Origin: an uncultured bacterium
GTDB taxonomy: Bacteria; Zhuqueibacterota; QNDG01; DSAB01
Assembly (NCBI GenBank): GCA_964537715.1
Contig: CAZIAH010000003.1
Location: forward strand, 15,331-79,330
Reading direction: 5' to 3'
Length of the DNA stretch: 64,000 nucleotides
In this document: positions 17,721-28,343 of the stretch, piece after piece
Position numbering within the stretch: the first letter of the stretch is position 1
Layout: every line of letters starts with the position of its first letter
Notes under the pieces: model-generated
Told to the model about the DNA's origin: nothing
The model's input: only the letters and a program-made list of their open reading frames with translations
The model's database searches: none
Translations under genes and position numbers: made by a program

Positions 17721-19126
17721 ATAAAAATCCTTTTCAGATAACGGATTTCATCCAAACCAATGTTTCCCAGACAGACGATCAGAGGAACAGCAGCAGCCAA
17801 TGCAATGATCAATTTCACGGGAAAAATAATCCGGACATGAAAAAGCAGACACCATGACAAACATAACGTTCCCAGAGAGGGCAGCATCACGCTTCGGGTA
17901 AAATGCAGAACCACATGCTGTTTCAATGCCGCCAGCATGACGACGAGAGATGTGATTTCGAAACCGATCAGGGCAAACACCACACCGATCGATCCCATCG
18001 GTCTGATCAAAATAATGAGCATCAAAAAAAAGACACCCAATCCCCAGAGAAGCGATTTGGTATACACCTTCTCCTGTTCGATCCCGATCAGCGTAAACGT
18101 AAATACCGAATTGATCAATTTTAATACAAACAAAGTCACCATCACCTGAAAAATCGGAACGGCACCCACAAACGCTTCTCCATAAATTAACCTGACGAGC
18201 AAATCCCCGCTCAATACGGCAATCAGGCCAACCAGAAGAACAAATGCAGTGGTGAGTTTCAAGACATGATTGACATTCTCTTCCAGTCTTTCCGGAAATT
18301 GGCGAAAACAGCGGCTGATGTTCGGGAAAAAAACCGCATAAAAAATCCGATCAAATATCAACAGAAAAAAGATAAATTTGAATCCGGCGCTGAACAATCC
18401 GACATCCGTTCGGGTTACCACCAAACCCAGATAAATGACCGGAAATTGTGTCACGAACTGGGCAATGAGTGCCGCGATTCCAAGGGGGAATGCTTCCTTC
18501 AACAGGGAACGCACCTGCAATCGACTCCGTAGAAAATGAAAGGGAACTTTCTGGCTCTGAAATCTTATCCACAAATAAATCATATTGATTAGCATTCCGG
18601 TGACCCATGCCCATGCAACCCATACAATGTCCTCCGAAGTTTTCACAAATACCAGCAGAAAAGCAAGATAACAAATCATTCCCGCCAATTGTCCGCCGGC
18701 AATCGTTTTCAACTTTTGTGTCCCATGAAAAAACCAATCCAATAGAAAAGCTGCAGGAAAAACACCTAGCAAATAAATAGCGATCAAATGAAATAGATGA
18801 ATTGAAGTAACAAATGTTTTTACAATAATGACGCCTGCTGTATAGGCCGCAATGGAAAGAATCAGACGTCCACTGAAAATACTGATTGTCAAATGGCCGA
18901 CATCTTCACTCTTCGCCGCTACTTTTCTGGTACCTAAAACCGAAAGCCCGCTGTTTCCCACAATCATGCCATAAGAAAGAACGGCCAGACCAATATTGAT
19001 CGTTCCAAAATCCGAGGGACCGAGAATCCGCGCCAGATAGGCGACCGCCGCCATTCCGACCAAACGGCTAAGAGCATCTCCCGAATAAAGAAAGAGGATA
19101 TTTTTAAAATGGGCGGTTATTCGCAT
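17717..19126 (-). CDS. Wzx-like oligosaccharide flippase (MOP/polysaccharide biosynthesis protein family)
   Basis: 469 aa with about 12-14 TM helices; PST-family layout in an EPS gene context. Confidence 0.75.
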   Translation of the reverse strand: MRITAHFKNILFLYSGDALSRLVGMAAVAYLARILGPSDFGTINIGLAVLSYGMIVGNSGLSVLGTRKVAAKSEDVGHLTISIFSGRLILSIAAYTAGVIIVKTFVTSIHLFHLIAIYLLGVFPAAFLLDWFFHGTQKLKTIAGGQLAGMICYLAFLLVFVKTSEDIVWVAWAWVTGMLINMIYLWIRFQSQKVPFHFLRSRLQVRSLLKEAFPLGIAALIAQFVTQFPVIYLGLVVTRTDVGLFSAGFKFIFFLLIFDRIFYAVFFPNISRCFRQFPERLEENVNHVLKLTTAFVLLVGLIAVLSGDLLVRLIYGEAFVGAVPIFQVMVTLFVLKLINSVFTFTLIGIEQEKVYTKSLLWGLGVFFLMLIILIRPMGSIGVVFALIGFEITSLVVMLAALKQHVVLHFTRSVMLPSLGTLCLSWCLLFHVRIIFPVKLIIALAAAVPLIVCLGNIGLDEIRYLKRIFI

Positions 19127-20118
19127 GCAATCCCCAAAATCGCTTTCCTCAACCCATCCACTCTGCGTTGAAGGGGAAATTCATTGATAATGCGTTGACG
19201 GGCCAGATGTCCTTGTGAACCATTCATTTTTAAAGCGCGTTTCAAACCATCGACAAGCGCTTCCATGTCACCTAAAGGAACGATAAAACCCGTATCTCCG
19301 ATCGCCGTCGGAATGCCGTCCACATTAGTACCCACTGGAATGCAGCCGCACGCCATCGCCTCACACAGGGTATTGGGCAATCCTTCGGAACGGCTCGGCT
19401 GGCAAAAAACAGCGGCACGCTGATAATAGTCGCGCAATTCCGTCTGGGTCATTCTGGGCAGCAACGTCACATTTTCTGGTAATTGAAAACCCGCATTCTC
19501 CAACAGTTTGTTCTCGGCGCCGATAAAGAAAAAAGGAATATCAGACATTCTTTTCGCGGCTTGAAAAAGATAATCAATGCCTTTCTTTTTCAATCGCATT
19601 TCCGTATCAGAATGACCGACAGTCAAAATTATCTTTTCTTTCCGAAGCCCCGGTTCCCAAAAATAGGTATCAAACCCGAAAGGTAAATATTGGATATTCT
19701 CACCACTATAATTTGCAAAACATTTGGCTTTTTCTTTGAGTGAAGGTGCGACAACCAAAATCAAATCGGCTTTTGGAAAAGTACAGGTTAAAAGTTTGGA
19801 TTTCCAAGGAGTCAGCCAGATTCCATAATCAATTTCCGCCAGCGCCTCGGCATCCACACCGGCAAGCACGATAATGGATCGCTTTCGGAAAATTCTGGCT
19901 AATAAAACAGCGACAGCGCTATAAACCGAACCAAACCAACAAAACGCCACATCACAAAAAAGAATATTCCAGAAAATAAGAAAAACGGCTTTCAATCCAC
20001 TTGCGGTGAAACGGTTGACATTAAAATATTTTTTTAAAATTTGATAGTCTTTCTCAATGAACGAGGCATGAATTGTTGAAAAAAAGAAAACGCGTTTTTT
20101 CTTCTGTGTTTCCGACAT
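19117..20118 (-). CDS. Glycosyltransferase family 4 (GT-B)
   Basis: EGLPNTLCEAMACGCIPVGTNVDGIPTAIGDTGFIV motif. Confidence 0.75.
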   Translation of the reverse strand: MSETQKKKRVFFFSTIHASFIEKDYQILKKYFNVNRFTASGLKAVFLIFWNILFCDVAFCWFGSVYSAVAVLLARIFRKRSIIVLAGVDAEALAEIDYGIWLTPWKSKLLTCTFPKADLILVVAPSLKEKAKCFANYSGENIQYLPFGFDTYFWEPGLRKEKIILTVGHSDTEMRLKKKGIDYLFQAAKRMSDIPFFFIGAENKLLENAGFQLPENVTLLPRMTQTELRDYYQRAAVFCQPSRSEGLPNTLCEAMACGCIPVGTNVDGIPTAIGDTGFIVPLGDMEALVDGLKRALKMNGSQGHLARQRIINEFPLQRRVDGLRKAILGIACE

Positions 20119-20194
20119 TTCCGATTTGTTTCCTTAACCCAAGTGGAATGAACCGATTTAAATCATTGTCATTATCCATACCACCAAAATCCGT

Positions 20195-21118
20195 CTATTT
20201 CTTTTTACCCATCAATGTAACCATAATCGCCTTTTGAATATGCAGCCGGTTTTCCGCTTCATCGAACACAATCGAATGAGACCCCTCCATGACACCCTCG
20301 GTGATTTCTTCCCCGCGATGGGCAGGCAGGCAGTGCATCACTTTCACATTTGGCTTGGCCTCAGCCAATAATTTTTCGTTGACTTGAAAGTTCTTGAATG
20401 CTTTTTTTCTTTTCGCGGTTTCTTTCTCCTGCCCCATGCTGGCCCAGACATCCGTGTAGATCACATCCGCATTCCGGACGGCTTCCCTCGGGTCGTTCAG
20501 CACAACGACCTCACCCATTCCTGCTTTCTGTGCATCTTTCAAAACTTTTTTATCCGGATCGTACCCTTTCGGACAGGCAAGATAAAAAGAGAACTTCAAC
20601 CGGGAAGCCGCATTGATCCAGGAATTAGCCACGTTGTTGCCATCACCGACGAAAACCACTTTCACTCCCTCGATTCTTCCTAAATGTTCCTGTATCGTCA
20701 ATAAATCTCCCAAAACCTGGCAGGGATGAAATAGATCGGACAAACCGTTGACCACCGGAACCGAAGCATAACGGGCGAGTTCGAAGAGAATGTCGTGCCC
20801 GAATACCCTTGCCATAATCCCGTCACAGTACCGCGACATCACTCTGGCCACATCGGCCACAGACTCCCGTTTTCCCATGCCGATATCGGCGGGCGTCAAA
20901 TAGATGGCATGTCCTCCTAATTGAATCATGCCGACCTCGAAAGAAACCCGTGTCCTGGCAGAAGGTTTCTGAAAAATCATGGCCAGCGTCTGTCCTTTCA
21001 ATGAATGAGAGACCTTTCCTTTCTTTTGTCTTCCTTTTAATTTACTGGCCAATCGGAACAGATTGTCTATCTCGGCAGTCGTCAAATCCGTAATGGCAAG
21101 AAAATCCTTCTTCATCAC
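20195..21118 (-). CDS. argF: Ornithine carbamoyltransferase family (possibly an N-acyl-ornithine type as in Bacteroidota; SARTR instead of STRTR)
   Basis: SARTRVSFE carbamoyl-phosphate motif, DVWASMGQE, HCLPAHRGEE. Confidence 0.7.
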   Translation of the reverse strand: MMKKDFLAITDLTTAEIDNLFRLASKLKGRQKKGKVSHSLKGQTLAMIFQKPSARTRVSFEVGMIQLGGHAIYLTPADIGMGKRESVADVARVMSRYCDGIMARVFGHDILFELARYASVPVVNGLSDLFHPCQVLGDLLTIQEHLGRIEGVKVVFVGDGNNVANSWINAASRLKFSFYLACPKGYDPDKKVLKDAQKAGMGEVVVLNDPREAVRNADVIYTDVWASMGQEKETAKRKKAFKNFQVNEKLLAEAKPNVKVMHCLPAHRGEEITEGVMEGSHSIVFDEAENRLHIQKAIMVTLMGKKK

Positions 21119-21125
21119 TCCTCCC

Positions 21126-22517
21126 TCAGAGTATGTATTTCGTCAAATCTTCATCCTCGATAATTTCTTTCAGTCGTTTTCGCACGTCTTCCGCTGTAAT
21201 CTTCACAGTCTGGATGGTTTTATCCGGAATCTTATAGAGCACATCTTCAAGCAGCGTACTCATAATGGTGTGCAGACGCCGGGCACCGATATTTTCGGCC
21301 CGGTCGTTCACATCCGTGGCGGTCCGGGCAATTTCACGAATCGCTCCCGGTGTAAAGATAATATCTACATCTTCCGTTTTCAAAAGAGCCGTATACTGTT
21401 TGATCAGGGCGTTTTCCGGTTCGGTCAATATTCTGACGAAATCATCGGTCGTCAAACTGTCTAACTCCACACGGATAGGAAAACGGCCCTGCAGTTCCGG
21501 TATCAAATCGGAGGGTTTGGAAACATGAAACGCCCCTGAAGCGATAAACAAGATGTGATTCGTTTTTACCATCCCGTACTTCGTGACCACATTGGTTCCT
21601 TCCACCACGGGCAGTATGTCCCGCTGTACACCCTCCCGTGATACATCGATACCCGCATTTTCATCGGCACCGGCAATCTTATCGATCTCATCGAGAAAGA
21701 CAATGCCCGATTCTTCGACCCGACGAATGGCTTCCTTGACTACTTTTTCCATATCAATGAGTTTTTGGATTTCTTCTGCGATAAGGATCTGTCTGGCTTC
21801 GGAAACGACCATTTTCCGTTTTCTTCGTTTCTGGGGCATCATCCCGCCAAAGAGATCATGAAGATTCAATCCCATCTCCTCGATACCGACCGGCGAGAAA
21901 ATCTGGAGCATGGGATAGGAATCCGATGTTACATCCAATTCGACAATGCGGTCTTCCAACTTTCCGTCCTGGAGCTGTTTCCGGAGTTTCTCACGCGTCC
22001 GCCACTGTCTCTCCTCAATGGTTTCCATAAAAGGCGTTTCCGAGTTATCCACTTCTTCGGGGGGAGTTTCGACCTGCGGCTTTCTATTCGATTTGACTTT
22101 CGGCAAAAGCAAATCCAGCAGTCTCTCGTCGGCCAACTCCTTTGCGGCTTTTTCGACCCGCTCAGTCCATTCGTTTTTGACCATGGAAACGGACAGATCA
22201 GTCAAATCACGAATAATGGATTCCACATCCCTTCCGACATAGCCCACTTCAGTAAATTTGGAAGCTTCCACTTTGATGAACGGCGCTTCGGCCAAACGCG
22301 CCAGCCTTCTGGCTATTTCCGTTTTTCCCACCCCTGTAGGACCGATTAAAATAATGTTGTTCGGCATGATCTCTTCACGCAAATCATCTTCGACCTGCCG
22401 TCTCCGCCATCGGTTCCTCAGCGCGATGGCTACCATTTTCTTGGCTTTGTCCTGGCCGATAATATACTTGTTTAATTCAGAAACGATCTCACGGGGCGTC
22501 AATTGATCAGTCATCAT
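21126..22517 (-). CDS. hslU: ATP-dependent protease ATPase subunit HslU
   Basis: [27 protein letters not shown] matches the HslU N-terminus, Walker [16 protein letters not shown]. An alternative upstream start at 22556 overlaps hslV. Confidence 0.9.
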   Translation of the reverse strand: MMTDQLTPREIVSELNKYIIGQDKAKKMVAIALRNRWRRRQVEDDLREEIMPNNIILIGPTGVGKTEIARRLARLAEAPFIKVEASKFTEVGYVGRDVESIIRDLTDLSVSMVKNEWTERVEKAAKELADERLLDLLLPKVKSNRKPQVETPPEEVDNSETPFMETIEERQWRTREKLRKQLQDGKLEDRIVELDVTSDSYPMLQIFSPVGIEEMGLNLHDLFGGMMPQKRRKRKMVVSEARQILIAEEIQKLIDMEKVVKEAIRRVEESGIVFLDEIDKIAGADENAGIDVSREGVQRDILPVVEGTNVVTKYGMVKTNHILFIASGAFHVSKPSDLIPELQGRFPIRVELDSLTTDDFVRILTEPENALIKQYTALLKTEDVDIIFTPGAIREIARTATDVNDRAENIGARRLHTIMSTLLEDVLYKIPDKTIQTVKITAEDVRKRLKEIIEDEDLTKYIL

Positions 22518-22552
22518 TTTTTTATTTTGAGATGGAATTTGATCTTTAACCA

Positions 22553-23107
22553 TCATACGAGCTCCTCAACCACGATACGGTCATTCGTATAGATGCAAAT
22601 TCTCGCTGCAATTCCGAGTGCCTCTTTGACAACCTGAGTCGCATCAAGCTGGGTATGTTCCAAAAGAGCACGCGCGGCGGCCAGTGCATACGGTCCGCCG
22701 GAACCGATGGCCAGAATATTGTCATCGGGTTCGATAATTTCACCCGTTCCGGCAATGATTAACGTGGTCTTTCTGTCCGCCACGGCAAGCAAAGCTTCCA
22801 GACGTCGGAGATACTTGTCTGTTCGCCACTCCTTGGCCAACTCGACCGCTGATCGGGAAAGATTTCCATGGTACTGTTCCAGTGTTTTTTCAAATTTATC
22901 GAAAAGCGTAAATGCATCCGCCGCCGCACCGGCAAAACCCGCCAAAATGGTATCGTTATAGATCTTCCGGATTTTCCGTGCTTTCTCTTTCATAACCGTA
23001 TCACCCAGCGTCACCTGGCCATCTCCCCCCATCGCTACTTTGTTGCCCTTTTTTACGCCTAAAATGGTGGTTGCTCGAAATGCCAAAGGTTGTTCGAGTG
23101 GGTTCAT
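22553..23107 (-). CDS. hslV: ATP-dependent protease subunit HslV
   Basis: TTILGV...GDGQVTLG N-terminal Thr protease motif; the exact start is uncertain. Confidence 0.88.
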   Translation of the reverse strand: MNPLEQPLAFRATTILGVKKGNKVAMGGDGQVTLGDTVMKEKARKIRKIYNDTILAGFAGAAADAFTLFDKFEKTLEQYHGNLSRSAVELAKEWRTDKYLRRLEALLAVADRKTTLIIAGTGEIIEPDDNILAIGSGGPYALAAARALLEHTQLDATQVVKEALGIAARICIYTNDRIVVEELV

Positions 23108-24046
23108 TTATTTGCCCTTTTTAAAATATTTAAGATATTCAGAATCAGTGGTTAACAGCAATGTCGTGTTCGTGTCAATGGTTGTACGATAAGTCTCCAA
23201 TGTTTTCATGAATGCATAAAAATCCGGATCGAGATTGTAAGCCTGGGCATAAATGTGTGTCGCTTCCGCATCCGCTTTGCCCTTGATCTCTTGAGCCTTT
23301 CGATATGCTTCAGATTGAATTTTCTTTAATTCCCGTTCTTTTTGGCCACGAATTTCCGCACTTTTCCCATCTCCTTCAGAACGGTATTTCGAAGCAATCC
23401 GCTGCCTTTCGGCAATCATACGGTCGAAAACTTTCCGCTGAACTTCGTCCACATAATTGATTCTTTTAATTTTCACATCCATAAGCTCCACTCCAAATTC
23501 CGGTGTTATTTTCGAAGCTTTGTCCAAAACAATCTGTGCAATTTTATTTCTCCCTGTTTCAATTTTAGGGATTATACTTGCGACGTCAAGAATGGCCATT
23601 TCTTCCGTGGTCTCAAATTCACGGTTTGAAGAACGGACAATCTCGATCAGGTCAAAATTCGCAATGGCGTTTCGCGTTTCTCCATCGACGATATCATCAA
23701 CCCTCGACTGGGCCCCCCTCTCATCACGCACTCTCTGGAAGAAGACAAGCGGATCGCTAATCCTCCATCGCGCATAAGTATCAATCCATATATATTTTTT
23801 ATCTTTCGTAGGAATCTGGTTTGCATCTCCGTCCCATTCCAGCCATCGCTTGTCAAAATAATTTGCCTTTTGGATAACCGGAACTTTCACATGTAAACCC
23901 GGAGAAGTAATTGCTCCCCCCATAGGTTCACCAAACTGTGTGATAATGACCTGATTGGTTTCCGAAACGATGTAAAGAGCATCAATAACAATTAAAAAAA
24001 CAACAAACAATGATATGCCGATTAAAATAATAATTGGCCGTTTCAT
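23108..24046 (-). CDS. hflC: HflC (SPFH/band-7 membrane protease modulator)
   Basis: N-terminal TM helix plus band-7 domain; paired with hflK. Confidence 0.8.
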   Translation of the reverse strand: MKRPIIILIGISLFVVFLIVIDALYIVSETNQVIITQFGEPMGGAITSPGLHVKVPVIQKANYFDKRWLEWDGDANQIPTKDKKYIWIDTYARWRISDPLVFFQRVRDERGAQSRVDDIVDGETRNAIANFDLIEIVRSSNREFETTEEMAILDVASIIPKIETGRNKIAQIVLDKASKITPEFGVELMDVKIKRINYVDEVQRKVFDRMIAERQRIASKYRSEGDGKSAEIRGQKERELKKIQSEAYRKAQEIKGKADAEATHIYAQAYNLDPDFYAFMKTLETYRTTIDTNTTLLLTTDSEYLKYFKKGK

Positions 24047-25038
24047 TTTTTCACCTCCTCTCCCAGGTTCAACAGCGGGAGAATATTACTCTGTCGCTCA
24101 TCTAAAATAATCTTACTCTTCATTTTAGGAAGTATCTCTTGAACTGCCTCCAGATACAATCTTTTTCGGGTGACTTCGGGCGCCCGTCGATATTCCTTGT
24201 AGACAGCCGTGAACCGATTGGCGTCTCCTTTGGCATTGTTCACCCTCTCCATGGCATATCCTTCCGCTCCTCTTATCGTCTGTTCGGCCTCACCTTCTGC
24301 TCTGGGAACTACCTGGTTATATTCCGACCAGGCATCGTTGATTTTTCTCTCCTTCTCCTGGAGCGATTCGTTGACTTCGTTGAATGCCGGTTTGACCGGG
24401 TCAGGAGGATTGACATCCTGAAAGATGAGCTGATTCACCTCGATCCCGATTTCGTAGAGATCGCAGAGTTTTTGAAGCTCTTCTTTTGCCTCCATGGCGA
24501 TCCGTGCCCTCCCGACGGTGATGACCTCATCCACTGAATTATCACCCACAACTCTTCTGACAACAGCTTCGTTCATGTAGCGAAACGTACTGGCTGCATC
24601 CCTTACTTTGAAGAGATACCTGTAGGGATCTTTGATTTTGTAGTGAACAATCCATTCCACCACAGCCACATTGAGATCTCCAGTCAGCATGATCGCTTCC
24701 TTAACAGACTCAGCCGTGGTTCGATACTGGGTTCGAATTCCTGGTGCAGCAGTTCTAAAACCAAATTCCATTTTAAGCTGTCTTTGAACCGGAACCTTGG
24801 TTAACTTTTCGATTCCCAAGGGAATTTTGAAATGGAGACCGGGATCTTCGGTCCGTACGAATTTCCCGAACCGGAGAATCACACCCATCTCTTCAGGTTC
24901 GATCTGAAAAATCGAACCTGCGATCAGAATAATAGCGACTATCAAAATCGCTATCCCGCTTAAAACCTTTCGATTCAAAGATCCGGGAATTTGAATTTTT
25001 TCACCACCGACATTGATGGTACGACCAACTGGTGACAT
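24043..25038 (-). CDS. hflK: HflK (SPFH/band-7)
   Basis: TM helix plus band-7 domain, 4-bp overlap with hflC. Confidence 0.8.
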   Translation of the reverse strand: MSPVGRTINVGGEKIQIPGSLNRKVLSGIAILIVAIILIAGSIFQIEPEEMGVILRFGKFVRTEDPGLHFKIPLGIEKLTKVPVQRQLKMEFGFRTAAPGIRTQYRTTAESVKEAIMLTGDLNVAVVEWIVHYKIKDPYRYLFKVRDAASTFRYMNEAVVRRVVGDNSVDEVITVGRARIAMEAKEELQKLCDLYEIGIEVNQLIFQDVNPPDPVKPAFNEVNESLQEKERKINDAWSEYNQVVPRAEGEAEQTIRGAEGYAMERVNNAKGDANRFTAVYKEYRRAPEVTRKRLYLEAVQEILPKMKSKIILDERQSNILPLLNLGEEVKK

Positions 25039-25107
25039 GATATACCTCCGTATTTTTTAGATAGTATGCAAATTCAATACGAATTCATAATCGAATCGAA
25101 ATATGAT

Positions 25108-25734
25108 TTAAACAATACGAGCTCTCTTAATTTCTTTCAATAATATTACATTTCCTGGATAATAATAATTATCAAAAAAACAATCACCAAAATTATCAAC
25201 AACAAAATAATACGCAAATGCTTGCGCGTTTGTTTGGCTTAGTTCTTCAATAAAATTATTGATTAGATTTTTTAAATCGTTTTTATCCTTTTTAGGAAAA
25301 TATGGAACTGCAAAACAAATTGCGAGTCTTCTTCCTTCATCAGATTTTAGTTGGATAGAACTTTTTTTCGCTAATAATAAAGAATCATTTAGTTTTTTCT
25401 TAAGCGATATATGAATACTCTTCCCCGCTGAAATCCAAACATGTTTGGCTTCGCCGGCAAATCCTTCTTTCCCGGCAGTAAAGTAAATATCACATCGTCC
25501 CTTTTTTATAGTTCCATCCGTTGCCCCTTTAATTGTAGAATATTCTTCAAGAGCTACATTTCCACTTTTCCATACTGCTGCAGCTAAAATGCTGATAGAT
25601 GCCCGTTCCTTGTACAACCACGAATATTCTTTTGTCTGAATGAAATATTCATCTTGTACAGATAACCAACTCTCAAGAATGGGTCGGATACTTCTAAGTT
25701 TTCCAATATATATGTCTTTTAGTTTATTCTTCAC
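25108..25734 (-). CDS. Hypothetical protein (208 aa), no recognised domain, in a low-GC insert between hflK and rpoN
   Basis: Long ORF in a roughly 30% GC segment; Lys-rich; no signal peptide seen. Confidence 0.45.
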   Translation of the reverse strand: MKNKLKDIYIGKLRSIRPILESWLSVQDEYFIQTKEYSWLYKERASISILAAAVWKSGNVALEEYSTIKGATDGTIKKGRCDIYFTAGKEGFAGEAKHVWISAGKSIHISLKKKLNDSLLLAKKSSIQLKSDEGRRLAICFAVPYFPKKDKNDLKNLINNFIEELSQTNAQAFAYYFVVDNFGDCFFDNYYYPGNVILLKEIKRARIV

Positions 25735-25924
25735 TGATTATTATATGGGTTACATACAAATCCAAACCACACATGGTTCGACTCCGCTCACCATGAACAA
25801 TATAAAACTTCAGCCTGAGCCCTTCGACAGGCTCAAGATAAACTCCGTCGAAGGCTGAGTCTCTTAAACAGATTCAGGAACGAATACTTATCTGAAAATT
25901 TCAATTGATCAACCCTATCCGTCA

Positions 25925-27337
25925 TTAAATCTGTCGTCTCAGCCGGGCGACCGGAATCATCATCTGCTCCCGGTATTTCGCCACGGTTCTTCTTGCTACC
26001 AAAAAACCGTACTCACGAAGCATTTCCGAAATCACCTGATCGTTGAAAGGTTTTTTCGTATCTTCCTTTTCGATGATCTCCTTGATTTTACTTTTGATCA
26101 ATCTATTGGATACTTCATCTCCATCCACCGTTTCCAGCCGCTCGCTGAAAAAATATTTGAGCTCGAAAACACCGAATTCAGTCTGAACATATTTCCCGCT
26201 CGTTACACGGCTGACCGTAGAAATGTCAAGATTCACATCCTCGGCGATATCTTTCAAAACCATTGGCTTCAAATGTTCTTTGCCTTTCTCGAAAAAATCC
26301 TTCTGATGCTTTAAAATGGTTTCCATGACCCGCTGAATCGTGGACCGCCGCTGATAAATCGAATTGATGAGCCATCGCGCCGATTCAAGTCTCTGCCGGA
26401 TATAATTCCGGGTTTCTTTGCTGACCTTGCTTTTTTCCTTCAACAACTGGCGGTAGGATTCGCTGATGCGGAGACGTGGAATATTCCAGTCGTTCAGAGT
26501 AACGACAAATTCATCGTCCACTCGCGTGACGATCACATCGGGAATGATGTAATTCTCCGCTTCGGAAATATACCGTTCTCCTGGTTTGGGATTGAGCCGG
26601 GAAACCACATCCATAATACGTTTGACTTCATCGAGTGATATTTCCAGTTTCTTGGCAATTTTTTCGTAGCGCTTGTTTGTAAAATCCTCGAAACATTCCA
26701 CGATCATGCGGATCGCGTTTTTGTCCTTGGGTTCCTTTTCATGAAGCTGAATGAGCAGACATTCCTGCAGGTTTCTGGCTCCGATGCCCGGCGGATCAAA
26801 TTTCTGGATGACCTTGAGCACCTTCTCGACGATTTCAATGCTTTTTTCAAGATTCTCTGCAATGGTTTCGATATCCACAGAGAGATACCCATCATCATCG
26901 AAACACCATAAAATGTATTCGCCGATTTCCGTTTCTTCCTCCGTGAGCAAAGCCAGGTGGAGCTGTTCCAGAAGATGATCCATCAGAGTCACTGGAGCCG
27001 GATCCGGCCGGTTAATTTCTTCTTCGGGATGTTCTCTGGGCTGTTTGATTTCATAATTGTCTTCGTCGTTGAGAATGGTGTCCCAGTCAATTTCTTCTTC
27101 GCCAAGTTCCTTTTCTGTCTCATCCAGTTCGGCTTCTTCTTGTTCCGTTTCGGCAGTTTCCTCCTGCTCCATCTCTTCGGTCACATCCGTTTCGATTTCG
27201 AGAAGGGGGTTCATTTCGAGTTCCTGTTTGATGCGTTGTTCGAGACGGAGCACGGGCAGTTGAAGAAGTGTGGAAAGAAGTACCTGCTGCGGACTTTGCT
27301 TCTGCTGAAGCGCCAATCTTTGACTCATTTGTATCAT
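25925..27337 (-). CDS. rpoN: RNA polymerase sigma-54 factor
   Basis: Gln-rich N-terminus, acidic region II, C-terminal RpoN box ARRTVAKYRE. Confidence 0.9.
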   Translation of the reverse strand: MIQMSQRLALQQKQSPQQVLLSTLLQLPVLRLEQRIKQELEMNPLLEIETDVTEEMEQEETAETEQEEAELDETEKELGEEEIDWDTILNDEDNYEIKQPREHPEEEINRPDPAPVTLMDHLLEQLHLALLTEEETEIGEYILWCFDDDGYLSVDIETIAENLEKSIEIVEKVLKVIQKFDPPGIGARNLQECLLIQLHEKEPKDKNAIRMIVECFEDFTNKRYEKIAKKLEISLDEVKRIMDVVSRLNPKPGERYISEAENYIIPDVIVTRVDDEFVVTLNDWNIPRLRISESYRQLLKEKSKVSKETRNYIRQRLESARWLINSIYQRRSTIQRVMETILKHQKDFFEKGKEHLKPMVLKDIAEDVNLDISTVSRVTSGKYVQTEFGVFELKYFFSERLETVDGDEVSNRLIKSKIKEIIEKEDTKKPFNDQVISEMLREYGFLVARRTVAKYREQMMIPVARLRRQI

Positions 27338-27394
27338 GATTTTTCCCTATTTCCCAATCTTTGTATAACAACGGCCTTTCACAAATTAGAATGA

Positions 27395-28243
27395 TCAATC
27401 CAATGAATTCTGAAGCCTCCGACTGCGAGAGGTATAACGAAGCCTCCGTAATGCCTTTTCCTTGATCTGTCGCACTCTCTCACGGGTTATATTGAACCTT
27501 TCACCAATTATCTCCAGAGTAAGAGGAGGTTCTCCTCCAAGTCCAAAATAGAGCTTAAGTATTTTTGTTTCTCTATCTGAAAGTGTATTTAGTACACTTT
27601 CTAATTCAATCCATAAAGATTCATCCAGTAGAACGTTATCGGGAGAAGGTTGATTTTTACTTGGAATCACATCCAATAATTTGTTATCTTCCCCTTGATA
27701 AAAAGGTGCATCCAGAGAAAAATGTTTCCCGGATATTTGCATGGCATTGGCAACTTCGTATGGTGTCATCTCCGCTTCTTTTGCAATCTCGTTGACACTG
27801 GGTCTTCTTTCAAGCGTCTGTTCGAGATTAGCTATTATTTTGCCGATCTTATTCAAAGCACCGATCCTGTTCAGGGGAAGTCGAACGACTCTCGATTGCT
27901 CTGCCAAAGCCGTTAGAATAGATTGACGGATCCACCAAACAGCGAATGATATAAATTTGAATCCCCGGCTTTCATCGAATCGCTTCGCAGCGGTGATAAG
28001 TCCAACGTTTCCCTCATTGATGAGATCACCGATAGGAAGTCCCCGGTTCTGGTACTTTTTTGCAACCATTACAACAAAACGAAGGTTCACTTTGGTTAAC
28101 TTTTCCAGTGCCTCACGATCGCCCTTTTTAATCCTTCTGGCCAGCTCGATTTCTTCCTCTGGTGCCAATAAAGTAACTTCACTGATCTCCTGAAGGTAAC
28201 GAGCTATTGATGTATTAGATTGGTTATTAATTTTTCCCTTCAT
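27395..28243 (-). CDS. rpoD: Sigma-70 family factor, short primary-type (lacks region 1.1, as in Bacteroidota SigA) or RpoS-like
   Basis: Regions 2-4 present ([13 protein letters not shown]; [15 protein letters not shown]). Confidence 0.75.
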   Translation of the reverse strand: MKGKINNQSNTSIARYLQEISEVTLLAPEEEIELARRIKKGDREALEKLTKVNLRFVVMVAKKYQNRGLPIGDLINEGNVGLITAAKRFDESRGFKFISFAVWWIRQSILTALAEQSRVVRLPLNRIGALNKIGKIIANLEQTLERRPSVNEIAKEAEMTPYEVANAMQISGKHFSLDAPFYQGEDNKLLDVIPSKNQPSPDNVLLDESLWIELESVLNTLSDRETKILKLYFGLGGEPPLTLEIIGERFNITRERVRQIKEKALRRLRYTSRSRRLQNSLD

Positions 28244-28343
28244 TTATTTCCTTAAAGCAATATAAGTTTGTCGCTATCTTTTGAGACATAACCTCATTAA
28301 GGGTAAAGCACCTATACTCGTGATCATCTTTGGAAAAACTTGC

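Noticed and set aside
21765-22349. 194-aa plus-strand ORF inside hslU (and similar ones inside fabK/fabF at 28789..29520, and in pyrG)
   Set aside because: They are antisense to strongly supported conserved genes with low-complexity translations.
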